From Patescibacteria group bacterium (GTDB lineage: Bacteria; Patescibacteriota; Patescibacteriia; JAHIZJ01), in assembly GCA_028714495.1 (NCBI GenBank), contig JAQTMH010000004.1, forward strand, positions 64,232 to 128,231: 64,000 bases of DNA, in the 5' to 3' direction. Under the pieces are notes generated by a model. The model was not told where the DNA came from, did not search any database, and saw only the letters and a list, made by a program, of their open reading frames with translations. The stretch's first letter is position 1, and the number at the start of each line of letters is the position of its first letter. Below, in pieces: positions 48,881 to 58,441 of this stretch. The position numbers and the translations under genes are program-made.

Positions 48881-48991
48881 ACCCCGCTCCAATCTCAGCC
48901 AAGTCCGTGGTTTATTGTTGGCCAAAGGCGAAGCCGCCTAGCGGCTCGCGCTTTTTCTTATTGATGACATCTATAAGATTGGGGCGGGGTT
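48881..48991. repeat. 112-nt palindromic hairpin element, copy 2
   Basis: About 90 percent identical to 1944..2055. Immediately followed at 48992..49025 by the sequence that lies 755 bp downstream of copy 1 (2811..2843). Confidence 0.8.
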
Positions 48992-49062
48992 CTTTGCCAT
49001 TGGCTTCGATAATGTAATTACTGAATTATTTACTTCTACTCATTACCAGAATTGGTACGGGG

Positions 49063-49098
49063 CAAAGAAAAAGGCGGAGCAGGATTGGTGCTCCGCCG
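49063..49098 (-). terminator. rho-independent terminator for ORF 49156..49546
   Basis: GGCGGAGCA...TGCTCCGCC; T-run on minus strand. Confidence 0.6.
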
Positions 49099-49155
49099 CA
49101 GGCTATGTGTTAGATTACCTGTGTGCGTGTTGCCGCCTAGGTTGGCCGCGTGCTG

Positions 49156-49546
49156 CTACTTGGGATCGCCCTCCGGCTGATCTCCAGCTCCCTCGGCTTC
49201 GCTTGCCGGAGCGCCCCCACCCTCCTCCGCCACGGCCGGAGCTTCCGCGTCATCGGTCGGCCCGACGCGATCTCTGTCCAGCTCGCCTTCGCCCTCGTCC
49301 TCGGCTTCGTCCTCCTCCTCGTCCTCGTCCGGGACATCCACGCCCTCCAATGGCTCGATGTAGAGCGTGTCGCCGTCTTCGATCACCGCGTCCGGGTTGA
49401 TCTCGCCCTGCTTCTCGGTCACGAGCCGGTGGGTCTCCGGGTCGAACTCGTAACCCGCCTCCTCCAGCAGTTGCTGGGCCGTGACTTCCTCGCCCTCCAC
49501 CATGGGTTCGTGCCACTCGGTCACCTCCGTAACTCGGCGCATTGAA
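49156..49546 (-). CDS. hypothetical acidic protein with possible beta-grasp (ubiquitin/MoaD-like) N-domain, GC-rich singleton
   Basis: AAGGAGGAGG SD. N-domain pattern is AQQLLEEAGYEFDPETHRL...VIEDGDTLYIEP. The C-terminal tail is poly-acidic. Confidence 0.45.
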
Positions 49547-49950
49547 AATCCTCCTCCTTGTGGGGTTTTGCGTTTCTGGCCGCACCTTACGGCCTGGAAA
49601 CATATTACAGGATGCCAAAAAATTGTCAATATGCTGAGATATCCGAAAGACAGTTAGCTACAAAGTGTGCTTGACTCGGGAAAAAATACCAGTGTAAGAT
49701 GGCGCTTGCGTGTTAGAAGTATCGCTGCCAACTTGACTATGATAGACAACTCGTGACCAGCCGATTAAGTAACGGAGACTAGACAGACCAACTTACCCGC
49801 TATGTCATTTTTGACCTCTGGCGGGCTATTTTTTACTAAAATTTGCTGATAATATACTAATCAAGTAAGATATAATTAAATAAGAGATTAACATTTTTCT
49901 GGGTTCTCGGGTCAAGCCCGAGAACGACAAGATAATAAAAGTTTAATAAA

Positions 49951-50406
49951 ATGAAATTAAAATATTATAAACAACAGACAAATTACACTTGCGGTCCGGC
50001 TTGTCTGAGAATGATATTGCGAGTATTTGGAATAGAGAAAACAGAAAAGAGCTTGAGCCGGGAAATGAAAGCTGATCCCAGGGCCGGAGTTGCACGTAAG
50101 TATTTTACTAAGCTGGCAAAAAAATATAAATTGATATATAAGACAGGTGAAAACGCCAACCTCATATTATTGCGGCAATTAATAAAGGCTAAATTCATTA
50201 TTATAGTCGAATACTATATCTATCGGCACAAGGAAGCCCATTACTCAATAGTAAAGAAGATCAGCAGAGGTAGTATATATTTTTTAGACCCCTGGTTTGG
50301 GCCGAGACATAAATATCGGTTGGCATACTTCAATAGGGTATGGCGCGATGGGTTTAAGAAGAACAGCAGAAAGAAGTGGTATTTCGCGGTAAGATATTCA
50401 AAGTAG
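49951..50406 (+). CDS. standalone peptidase C39-like (papain-fold cysteine peptidase) domain protein
   Basis: QQTNYTCGPACLRMIL matches the C39 Q...CGxACLxMI catalytic Cys region. A His lies in YRHKEAHYSIV. Confidence 0.55.
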   Translation: MKLKYYKQQTNYTCGPACLRMILRVFGIEKTEKSLSREMKADPRAGVARKYFTKLAKKYKLIYKTGENANLILLRQLIKAKFIIIVEYYIYRHKEAHYSIVKKISRGSIYFLDPWFGPRHKYRLAYFNRVWRDGFKKNSRKKWYFAVRYSK

Positions 50407-50496
50407 CCAGTTTACATATTTACTGCCACAATGGTAATGATCGCAGGTACTTATTAATGAATTTTATTCGGATTAAGAAATATTAAATTTATAACA

Positions 50497-50952
50497 ATGG
50501 TGATAAAAAGCAAACAAAATCAATTAGCTAGATTAATCGCTCCTTGCGGTATGAACTGTGGTTTGTGCGCCGCGTATTTGCGCGAGGCAAAAAAATGCCC
50601 TGGGTGCCGAGGCGGCAATATCGATAAATCACCCGCCTGTATAAATTGTCGTATCAAAAATTGTTCCAAGCTGAAAAAAGCTAAATCTTCGTTTTGCTAT
50701 GCTTGCGACAGCTATCCCTGCGAACGAGTTAAACATCTGGATGCGCGATATCGGGAGCACTACCACATGAGTATGATCGAAAACCTGCGGTATATTCAGG
50801 CTAAGGGTATTGACGCGTTTATGCGCAATCAAAAAAAGAAATGGCAATGTCCGACCTGCGACGGAATGATTTGCTGTCACAACGGCCTGTGCTACAAGTG
50901 TGATATAATGAAATTGAAGGCGAAAAAGAGAAAATATCGCTGGGAGGATTAA
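50497..50952 (+). CDS. cysteine-rich (about 20 Cys) putative metal-binding protein, DUF3795-like
   Basis: Repeated CxxC/CxxxC clusters: CGMNCGLCAAY, CPGCRGG, CINCRIKNC, CYACDSYPC, CPTCDGMICCHNGLCYKC. Confidence 0.5.
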   Translation: MVIKSKQNQLARLIAPCGMNCGLCAAYLREAKKCPGCRGGNIDKSPACINCRIKNCSKLKKAKSSFCYACDSYPCERVKHLDARYREHYHMSMIENLRYIQAKGIDAFMRNQKKKWQCPTCDGMICCHNGLCYKCDIMKLKAKKRKYRWED

Positions 50953-50973
50953 TAAAATAATGAAAAAATAACT

Positions 50974-51531
50974 ATGAAAAAAACCTATCAAAATCTTCTC
51001 AAGGCAATCGCCGGCGAATCGCTGGCCCGCAACAAGTATACTTATTATGCCGAGATTGCCATGAAAGAAGGCTTGGTTTGGATCGCGAAGGTATTTGAAG
51101 AAACGGCGGATAATGAACGCGCTCACGCCCAGGAAGAATTGGAAAAGCTGCCCGAGAAAACGGAAATGACCAACACTTACGACATCCATCCGCTGGGAAC
51201 AACACTGGAGAATATCCGGAACGCTGAAGCCGGCGAACGTTATGAGTTTGGCACAATGTATCCAGAATTTGAAAAAGAAGCCCGCGCAGAAGACGAAACA
51301 GCTATCGCCGTTCTTTTTAAGGAAATTAGCGAAGTTGAGGAAAAACACGCTGAACGTTATAAAATATTGGGTGACAGATTGGAACAAGGAAAACTTTTCC
51401 AAAGCGACGAAGAAGTAGAATGGAAATGCCTAAACTGCGGCTATATCCACAAAGGCAAAAACGCGCCCGACAAGTGTCCGCTTTGTATGAAACCACAGGG
51501 TTGGTACATGCAAATTGGCGCGGTTCGATAA
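50974..51531 (+). CDS. rubrerythrin
   Basis: Ferritin-like diiron ExxH motifs plus C-terminal rubredoxin-like CxxC...CxxC (WKCLNCG...CPLC). Confidence 0.85.
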   Translation: MKKTYQNLLKAIAGESLARNKYTYYAEIAMKEGLVWIAKVFEETADNERAHAQEELEKLPEKTEMTNTYDIHPLGTTLENIRNAEAGERYEFGTMYPEFEKEARAEDETAIAVLFKEISEVEEKHAERYKILGDRLEQGKLFQSDEEVEWKCLNCGYIHKGKNAPDKCPLCMKPQGWYMQIGAVR

Positions 51532-51569
51532 AGCGCTTCACGAGTAAATATATGCCTGAGTTTTGAAGG

Positions 51570-52166
51570 GTGGATTGTATGGAAAGCATCTATAAAAAAA
51601 TCTGGCAGCTGGCGATTCCCTTTTATAAAAAAGGCCGGTCTTACGATATTATCCAGGTTCGCTGGATGATGAAAGAGGGTGATCGAATAGCTGATCTGGA
51701 AAAGATTGATAAAAAATTGTTATTACCTCTTATTATTTTACATGATGTTGGCTACTCGAAGGTGAAAATCAAGGATCCGCATATCAAGGACAAGGATACG
51801 AAAAGAGTGCACATGCGGGAGGGCGCGAAAATCGCCGCCAAGATTTTGGAACAAGTTAAGTATGATCCGGAACTAGCGAAAATTATCGTGAGATACATTT
51901 CAATCCACGATAATTGGGTTTTCGGAGATGATTGGCCGTATAAAAGCTCGCGTGAGATGGCTTTATTCAATGATTTGGACTTTCTCTGGGTGACGTCCAG
52001 TTTTAGAGCTTTCGCCGCCAACGGCAAGTCAATGGGCTTAACGCCGAAAAGCTTCTATAAGTTTTGGGAAAGTGACGAGAAATTGACCAGGCGGCCTTTT
52101 TGCTGTTCGGCCACCCAGAAAATATTCGACCAATCAATGCGCAGAATTAAACAACAATTAACCTAA
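51570..52166 (+). CDS. HD-domain phosphohydrolase
   Basis: ILHDVGY H...HD motif. Confidence 0.65.
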   Translation: MDCMESIYKKIWQLAIPFYKKGRSYDIIQVRWMMKEGDRIADLEKIDKKLLLPLIILHDVGYSKVKIKDPHIKDKDTKRVHMREGAKIAAKILEQVKYDPELAKIIVRYISIHDNWVFGDDWPYKSSREMALFNDLDFLWVTSSFRAFAANGKSMGLTPKSFYKFWESDEKLTRRPFCCSATQKIFDQSMRRIKQQLT

Positions 52167-52172
52167 AAAACT

Positions 52173-52502
52173 ATGTCAGAGGGAACAAAATTACCAGAAG
52201 GGATCGAGCAAGAGGAACAAAACGAAGAAAAAGTCGAGCCATCGGCGGAAATGCCACAGCCAAAGGGATGGAAAGATTTATTCGGAGCCAGAAACGATCC
52301 AGCCTGGAAGCAGTTTTTAACTGAACGCGGACACCTGGTGGAGTATCAAAAACTGGCTGGTGCCCTGAGGGATTTTAATAGAACCGGTGGCGAAAAATCG
52401 CCAGCCGATTTCCGCCGTTTTTTGAAAGAAGGTGGTTACAAGAAACAGTATAAAAAGATGATGGGCTATTTAGATTCTTTTGAACAACAGGGTAAGGAAT
52501 AG
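52173..52502 (+). CDS. hypothetical protein
   Basis: 109-aa ORF. Confidence 0.4.
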   Translation: MSEGTKLPEGIEQEEQNEEKVEPSAEMPQPKGWKDLFGARNDPAWKQFLTERGHLVEYQKLAGALRDFNRTGGEKSPADFRRFLKEGGYKKQYKKMMGYLDSFEQQGKE

Positions 52503-52577
52503 CCGGTTTGACTGAATCGCCCGATATTGTCATACTGACGATAGGGTCAGTGTTTATCTAATATTAAAAACAATTTT

Positions 52578-53231
52578 ATGAGTGAAAGTAAATTTGCCAT
52601 CGGCGAGGCAGTCAATTTCGGCTGGAACAAGACAAAAGAAAATGCCGGGTTATTAATTGTGATAGTGCTGATTACGATGGCAGTGAGCGGATTTGGATCA
52701 TTGTTCAGTCGGTCCGGGTCGGCGGTATATTTCATTAACCTGATCACCTGGGTAGTCGGGCTTTTTATCGGCATTGGCGTGATAAAAATCATGCTGAAGA
52801 TATATGACGGGCAAAAACCAGAGTTAAATTTATTATGGTCGGGTGGTCCGGTTTTCGTAAATTATTTATTGGGCAGCATCCTTGTTTCATTGATAGTGTT
52901 AGGAGGTTTGATTTTATTGGTTATCCCGGGCATCATCTGGAGCTTTAAGTATTCCATGACTACGTATTTGATAGTTGATAAAGGAATGGGACCAACCGAG
53001 GCTTTGCGCAAGAGCGGGGAGATTACCCAGGGTTCGAAATGGCAACTTTTTTTGCTGGGACTTGTTTTGGCCTTGATCAATATGGCGGGCGCCCTGGTTT
53101 TTGGCATCGGGTTGTTATTCACTATCCCGCTGACTTATCTGGCCATGGCTTTTGTCTACCGCAAATTACTGGGCCAAGCACCAGCTTCAGCGCCGACTCC
53201 AACTCCAAAGCCAGCCGCGCCAACTAATTAA
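52578..53231 (+). CDS. hypothetical polytopic membrane protein with Pro/Ala-rich C-terminus
   Basis: 217 aa, about 5 TM. Confidence 0.5.
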   Translation: MSESKFAIGEAVNFGWNKTKENAGLLIVIVLITMAVSGFGSLFSRSGSAVYFINLITWVVGLFIGIGVIKIMLKIYDGQKPELNLLWSGGPVFVNYLLGSILVSLIVLGGLILLVIPGIIWSFKYSMTTYLIVDKGMGPTEALRKSGEITQGSKWQLFLLGLVLALINMAGALVFGIGLLFTIPLTYLAMAFVYRKLLGQAPASAPTPTPKPAAPTN

Positions 53232-53261
53232 TTACTGAATAAGAATTAGATAAGCAGCTCC

Positions 53262-54143
53262 ATGACCTATTTGTTATTTGATATTGGCGGGACGAATATG
53301 CGTTTGGCCGTGGCGCATCAGACTAAGTTGTTTAGCGCGTTGACGATTGTCCGACGGCCGAGAAGCTTTGCTACTGGAATCCGCTTGATTAAAAAGTTGG
53401 CCGGTAATTTAGCAGCTGGTCGGAAAATTGATCAGGTAGTCGGCGGAATGGCTGGAGTATTAGATAAAGAACATACTCGTTTACTCCGCAGCCCGCATTT
53501 GCAGTCGTGGGTCAATAAACCCCTGCAGCGCGAACTCAGCCGCGCTCTAAAGGCGCCGGTTCGTTTGGAAAATGACGCTGACCTGATTGGTTTGGGCGAA
53601 GCAGTATCTGGAGCGGGCCGGGGCCATTCAATCGTCGCTTCCATAGCCATCGGTACGGGCATTGGCGGCACCCGGATTGTAGACGGACGGATCGATCATA
53701 ATGTTTTCGGCTTTGAGCCGGGCCACCATTTTCTCAATATCGGCATTCGCAAGCATCGGCATATTTCTCCTCATCCGGGCGACTGGGAAAGCTTGGTCTC
53801 AGGCAGCGCGATGAAAACGCGCTTTGGCCGGCCAGCCGAGAAAATAAATCAAAAAGCAATTTGGCGCGAGATGGCCCAGTATGTCGCTTACGGGCTGGTA
53901 AATGTTTCAGTTTTTTGGTCACCGAATATAATTGTGCTGGGCGGATCGCTCATGAAACGTTTGCCTCTGTCCGAGATCCGTCGCTATTATAAAAAATATT
54001 TAAAAATGTTTCCAACCCTGCCCCGAATCGTCCGGAGCAAGTTAGGCGACCGAGCCGGTTTGTACGGCGCGTTAAAATTAATAAACAATGATAAATGGAA
54101 CCAATATGCCAAAAGCCCAACAGGAAATAGAGACAAAGGTTAA
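53262..54143 (+). CDS. ROK-family sugar kinase (glucokinase-like)
   Basis: LLFDIGGTNMRLAV N-terminal ATP-binding motif. Confidence 0.7.
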   Translation: MTYLLFDIGGTNMRLAVAHQTKLFSALTIVRRPRSFATGIRLIKKLAGNLAAGRKIDQVVGGMAGVLDKEHTRLLRSPHLQSWVNKPLQRELSRALKAPVRLENDADLIGLGEAVSGAGRGHSIVASIAIGTGIGGTRIVDGRIDHNVFGFEPGHHFLNIGIRKHRHISPHPGDWESLVSGSAMKTRFGRPAEKINQKAIWREMAQYVAYGLVNVSVFWSPNIIVLGGSLMKRLPLSEIRRYYKKYLKMFPTLPRIVRSKLGDRAGLYGALKLINNDKWNQYAKSPTGNRDKG

Positions 54144-54341
54144 GACGCCGACCTCGACCCGGGTAGCCAAAGCGGTTTTGGTTATTTTTACCTCGGTCCT
54201 GGTTTTGTCAATTGCCCTGGTCTTCAGAATTTTCGCGACCAACATACGTTAGGCTATAACTGAGGGTGATATAAGACACTTGCCAAACCGGCGGTTTTCG
54301 CCTACTCTGGGAAAGGCCGTAGAAAATTAAATTGCAAAATT

Positions 54342-56135
54342 TTGGATAATGTAGTAGAAGAAATCAAAACCCGTTTGGATATTGCCGAAATCGTTCAAGA
54401 GTACGTCAGGCTGACCAGGGCGGGTACTAATTTCAAAGGGCTTTGCCCGTTCCACACGGAGAAGACGCCCTCTTTTATGGTTTCGTCGGACAAGCAAATT
54501 TACCATTGCTTCGGCTGCGGCGAGGGCGGTGATGTTTTTAGCTTTGTCATGAAAATGGAGGGGATTGAATTTCCCGAGGCCTTGCGGATTCTGGCTGAAA
54601 GGGCCGGCGTCAAAATTCCGCCGCGCAATCCTAAGATGGCCAGCCAGAAAACAAAATTTTTGGATATTAACAGAGTAGCCGCCGCGTTTTTCAATAAAGT
54701 GTTACTGGAATCGTCGAAGGCGCAGGTAGCGCGCGACTATCTCAAACGGCGTCAGGTTTCGGATGAAACCTTGGACCGGTTCCAGCTCGGCTACAGCGTG
54801 GAGGATTGGGACGCGCTCAATAATTTTTTGATGAAGAGGGGATATAGCGTGGCAGAGATATTCGCGGCTGGCCTGACGATAAAAAAAGACCGCGGCGACG
54901 GCTACTTTGACCGTTTTCGCGGCCGGCTGATGTTTCCTCTCGCCGACGCCCATGGCCAGATCGTGGGATTTAGCGGACGAATTTTAAAAGCAGAGGAAAA
55001 AGCCGCCAAATACGTCAATTCTCCGCAAACTCTTATTTACAATAAAAGCGCGGTACTTTACGCCTTGCACTTGGCTAAGAAAGTGATCCAGAAAGAGAAA
55101 CTGGCCGTAGTGGTTGAAGGGCAAATGGACGTATTGGCTTCACACCAAGCGGGCGTTGAGAATGTTGTCGCCTCTGGCGGCACCGCCCTGACTCAGGAAC
55201 AAGTTCGTTTGATCAAGCGCTATTGCCAGGTGGCGGCTTTTGCTTTTGACATGGATGTGGCTGGGGCGGAAGCGGCCCGCCGGGGACTGGAAATCGCCTG
55301 GCAAAATGAATTAGAAACCCGCGTGGTCCAATTGCCTTTTGGCAAGGATCCAGACGAATGCATAAAAAAAGATCCGGCCGCCTGGCCAAAAGCCATTGCC
55401 GAGGCGCGACCGTTCATGGATTATTACTTTGATAAAATCTTTAAAGACCATGACCCGGCGAATGTCCAAGGGAAAAAAACAGCCGCCAACCTTTTTCTGC
55501 CCTTGGTCAGGCGCTTGCCCAATCCGATTGAGCAGACTCACTATCTTCAAAAACTGGCCGCCAAGATAAATGTCGAGGAGCGCTATTTAAGAGATCTAAT
55601 GGCGGCGGTGAAGCTTACCAGTACGACAACCCTTGAAGCTTCTTTGCCTAAAACCGCCGATTTGAAAGATCGAACCCAGAGGTTGGCCGAGATGGTGGTA
55701 GGCATTGGTTTGTGCCGGCCCGAGCATCTTGAATTTATTATCAAAGACGTCCAGCCGGAACATCTAAAAATCAAAGAAATATCAGAACTTTACAAAAATC
55801 TGGTAATTTATTATACTGAAAACAATAGATTTGATCTTAAGGATTTTTATTCAGCCCTAGCCAAAAAGGACAGCCGGCAGGTTGAATTGAGCAAACAGTT
55901 GTGCCTGCTGGTCGAGACTGAATATTCCGAGCTGGAGAAAGACGATCCGGCCATGATAAAAAAGGCTTTGATCGAGGCCATTCCTTTTCTTAAAAGACAG
56001 TATCTTTACTCGGAATTAAAGCGCCTGGAAGATGAATTGAGAATCGCCGAAGAATCGGGCAATAAAGAAAGTATTCGGACACTTTCAGAACATATTACAC
56101 GTTTGACCGAGGAATTAGGACAATTGAACCAGTAA
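54342..56135 (+). CDS. dnaG: DNA primase
   Basis: CHC2 zinc finger CPFHTEKTPSFMV..YHCFGCGEGGDVFSF, TOPRIM domain. TTG start per ORF track. Confidence 0.9.
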   Translation: MDNVVEEIKTRLDIAEIVQEYVRLTRAGTNFKGLCPFHTEKTPSFMVSSDKQIYHCFGCGEGGDVFSFVMKMEGIEFPEALRILAERAGVKIPPRNPKMASQKTKFLDINRVAAAFFNKVLLESSKAQVARDYLKRRQVSDETLDRFQLGYSVEDWDALNNFLMKRGYSVAEIFAAGLTIKKDRGDGYFDRFRGRLMFPLADAHGQIVGFSGRILKAEEKAAKYVNSPQTLIYNKSAVLYALHLAKKVIQKEKLAVVVEGQMDVLASHQAGVENVVASGGTALTQEQVRLIKRYCQVAAFAFDMDVAGAEAARRGLEIAWQNELETRVVQLPFGKDPDECIKKDPAAWPKAIAEARPFMDYYFDKIFKDHDPANVQGKKTAANLFLPLVRRLPNPIEQTHYLQKLAAKINVEERYLRDLMAAVKLTSTTTLEASLPKTADLKDRTQRLAEMVVGIGLCRPEHLEFIIKDVQPEHLKIKEISELYKNLVIYYTENNRFDLKDFYSALAKKDSRQVELSKQLCLLVETEYSELEKDDPAMIKKALIEAIPFLKRQYLYSELKRLEDELRIAEESGNKESIRTLSEHITRLTEELGQLNQ

Positions 56136-56238
56136 TCGAATTCTCTACCTTTGTTCCCAAGGGGACACTGATAGATCGGCCCTGTCGTTGGAATGACAGT
56201 CCGGCTTGTATCTATCGGCGGGTAAGGTAAAATTTTAT

Positions 56239-57459
56239 ATGGCTAAATCTAAGGACAAGAAAAAAAAGAAACGGAGCGCGGGCCACCCGAAACTTCAGGC
56301 CAGGAAAAAGGTGCGGGTAAGAAAGAAAAGAAAGATATCGGCAGCGGCGACTGAAAAGGCGAAAAAAGGCAAGGCTGAAGCTTCAAATGAGGCAATCAAC
56401 AGTCTACTGCGCAAAGGCCGGCAGAGGGGTTTTGTTACGGAAAAGGAGATCTTATACTCAATGCCGGAAGTAGAGGAATATATCGATACCTATGAGGATT
56501 TACTCGATAAATTCGAGGAACAAGGAATTAGCGTAGTCGAATCAGACGCGGGAATTCTCGATGTTCAGCCGACCGACAGCTTTCCCGGCCAGACTACTAC
56601 CCAAAGTGACAGCCAGCGCTTTGATTTAAGCGATATTTCAGACGACTCGATCCAAATGTATTTGCGGGAGATCGGAAAAGTCCACCTGCTTTCCGGCGAA
56701 GAAGAAGTCCAGCTCGCCAAGCGTAAAGAAAAGGGTGATGTCGAGGCGGCCAAGCAGATGGTTCAGGCCAACCTCCGGCTGGTAGTTTCGATCGCCAAAA
56801 AGTTTACCGGCCGCTCGCTTTCTCTGCTTGATTTGATCCAGGAGGGCAACATCGGCCTTTTCCGCGCCGTCGAGAAATTTGATTATCGCAAGGGCTATAA
56901 ATTTTCAACCTACGCTACCTGGTGGATCCGCCAGGCGATTACTCGGGCCCTGGCCGACCAATCGCGGATTATCAGAATACCGGTCCACATGGTTGAAACA
57001 ATAAATAAATTCCAGCAAATTGAGCGTTCATTAATCCAGGACCTGGGCCGAGAGCCTCTGCCCGAGGAAATCGCGGCCGAAATGGGTGAAGACGTGGAAA
57101 AGGTCAGGCACATTATGAAAATCTCACAGGACACAGTGTCGCTTGAGACTTCGGTCGGCGAGGATGACGAGGATTCCACCTTGGGCGATTTCATTGAAGA
57201 TGAGAAGACGGTATCGCCGGACCGGATCGCCTCGCTCCAGTTGCTAAAAGACCACGTCAAGGATATTATAAAGGAACTTCCGGCCCGGGAGCAGAAAATT
57301 CTTGAAATGCGTTTTGGTTTGCTGGACGGGGTGGCGCACACTCTCGAGGAAGTCGGCCAAGAATTTGGCGTAACCCGGGAACGAATCCGCCAAATCGAAG
57401 CCAAAGCCCTGGAGAAAATTCAGGAACACGGCGGGATGAGGAAACTGAGGGATTATTAA
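56239..57459 (+). CDS. rpoD: RNA polymerase sigma factor RpoD (sigma-70)
   Basis: Regions 2-4 present: [40 protein letters not shown]. Sits in a dnaG-rpoD arrangement. An alternative start is at 56206. Confidence 0.9.
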   Translation: MAKSKDKKKKKRSAGHPKLQARKKVRVRKKRKISAAATEKAKKGKAEASNEAINSLLRKGRQRGFVTEKEILYSMPEVEEYIDTYEDLLDKFEEQGISVVESDAGILDVQPTDSFPGQTTTQSDSQRFDLSDISDDSIQMYLREIGKVHLLSGEEEVQLAKRKEKGDVEAAKQMVQANLRLVVSIAKKFTGRSLSLLDLIQEGNIGLFRAVEKFDYRKGYKFSTYATWWIRQAITRALADQSRIIRIPVHMVETINKFQQIERSLIQDLGREPLPEEIAAEMGEDVEKVRHIMKISQDTVSLETSVGEDDEDSTLGDFIEDEKTVSPDRIASLQLLKDHVKDIIKELPAREQKILEMRFGLLDGVAHTLEEVGQEFGVTRERIRQIEAKALEKIQEHGGMRKLRDY

Positions 57460-57523
57460 AAATAAATATGCAATGTTCAAAACGTAAAATGTCTTCTTGT
57501 CAAATATTTATTATTTTGGGAAC

Positions 57524-57832
57524 ATGAAAGACAAGAGGAAATATGCTGATCGAGCGAAATACCTTATCAACGCAGTTAAGAAAAGAAGAAAAAATGTCCG
57601 CGAAATGGCGATCTCTTATAAGGGTAATAGATGCGAGATATGTGGCTACAGAAAATGTAATGAAGCACTGGAATTTCACCACCAGATTAGCAAAAAAGAT
57701 TTTGGAATATCTAGCAAAGGATACACCAGAAGCTGGGAAAAAGTTAAACACGAACTAGACAAATGCGTATTACTCTGTGCGAATTGTCATCGGGAAGCAC
57801 ACGCTGGCAAACACAAAGTTGTTGATAAATAA
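57524..57832 (+). CDS. free-standing HNH endonuclease
   Basis: CEICG...EFHH...CANCHREAH (HNH zinc-finger nuclease motif). About 100 aa. Immediately upstream of the intron-containing tRNA. Confidence 0.75.
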   Translation: MKDKRKYADRAKYLINAVKKRRKNVREMAISYKGNRCEICGYRKCNEALEFHHQISKKDFGISSKGYTRSWEKVKHELDKCVLLCANCHREAHAGKHKVVDK

Positions 57833-57858
57833 ATAGAAAAGGTCAAAGAGCGGTGAGT

Positions 57859-58154
57859 TCCGCGATAGCTCAATGGTAGAGCAACCGGCTGTGTACGAAA
57901 ACGCAGCTTCCGATGGAAACGTCGGGATGAACTCTCTGGGATAACGGTGAAGGCTTCATTCAAATTCTATTTGAATATGCTGATACCGTGGGAACCCCCG
58001 CACCTTCCGAAGGTGAGGGGGGCGCCGTAGAGACTAGATACCAGAGTGCCTAAACCCAGTCATTTGGGTAAGGCAAAGATATAGTCCATGCCGTATGGAA
58101 ACATATGGATTACGTGTAACCGGTAGGCTGTCGGTTCGAATCCGACTCGCGGAG
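57859..58154 (+). tRNA. tRNA-Asn (anticodon GUU) interrupted by a group I intron in the anticodon loop
   Basis: Exon 1 is 57859..57892 and exon 2 is 58117..58154. The spliced product has acceptor TCCGCGA/TCGCGGA, D arm GCTC-AATGGTA-GAGC, anticodon stem ACCGG/CCGGT, loop CUGUUAA, T arm GTCGG-TTCGAAT-CCGAC and discriminator G. Confidence 0.8.
57893..58116 (+). ncRNA. group I intron (224 nt, small IC3-like tRNA intron)
   Basis: P1 pairs exon GCUGU (57888-92) with IGS GCAGC (57903-07), giving a U.G wobble at the splice site. R element AGAGACTAGA (58029-38) and S element AAGATATAGTCC (58076-87) form P7. The terminal G (omega-G) is at 58116. Confidence 0.8.
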
Positions 58155-58263
58155 CTCGCCGCTTTTACTATTTAGGAAGATATTTAGGAAGAAGTGATGG
58201 ATCAATAATAAATTATCCCTTTGGATTGATTTTTTGCTTGATTAGGGGTAAACTTTAAAAAAG

Positions 58264-58417
58264 ATAGGACTTACGCGCTTGCCGCTTTCGACCCGGCGAA
58301 GCCGGGTCAGTAAGCGGCTTTACCACCCAATCCGCCAAAGAGGCGGATTGGGAACCCGATTTGGCCAATTTCTTCCCCCGGATTTAATCCGGGGTTGTCT
58401 CAAACGTGTAAGTCCTA
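58264..58417 (+). promoter_or_regulatory. structured 5' leader / MITE-like element upstream of SDR gene (13-bp closing helix TAGGACTTACGCG / CGTGTAAGTCCTA around three hairpins)
   Basis: Long-range complementarity is read directly. The 3' 55 nt are conserved with window positions 58..112, upstream of the HAD gene. Confidence 0.5.
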
Positions 58418-58441
58418 AAAGAATTATAAATTAAGAGTATT

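Noticed and set aside
49107-49618. Three overlapping ORFs (49107+, 49150+, 49250-) in the GC-rich block
   Set aside because: Alternative frames of the same GC-rich gene. The minus frame at 49156..49546 is chosen because of its AAGGAGGAGG SD and downstream terminator.
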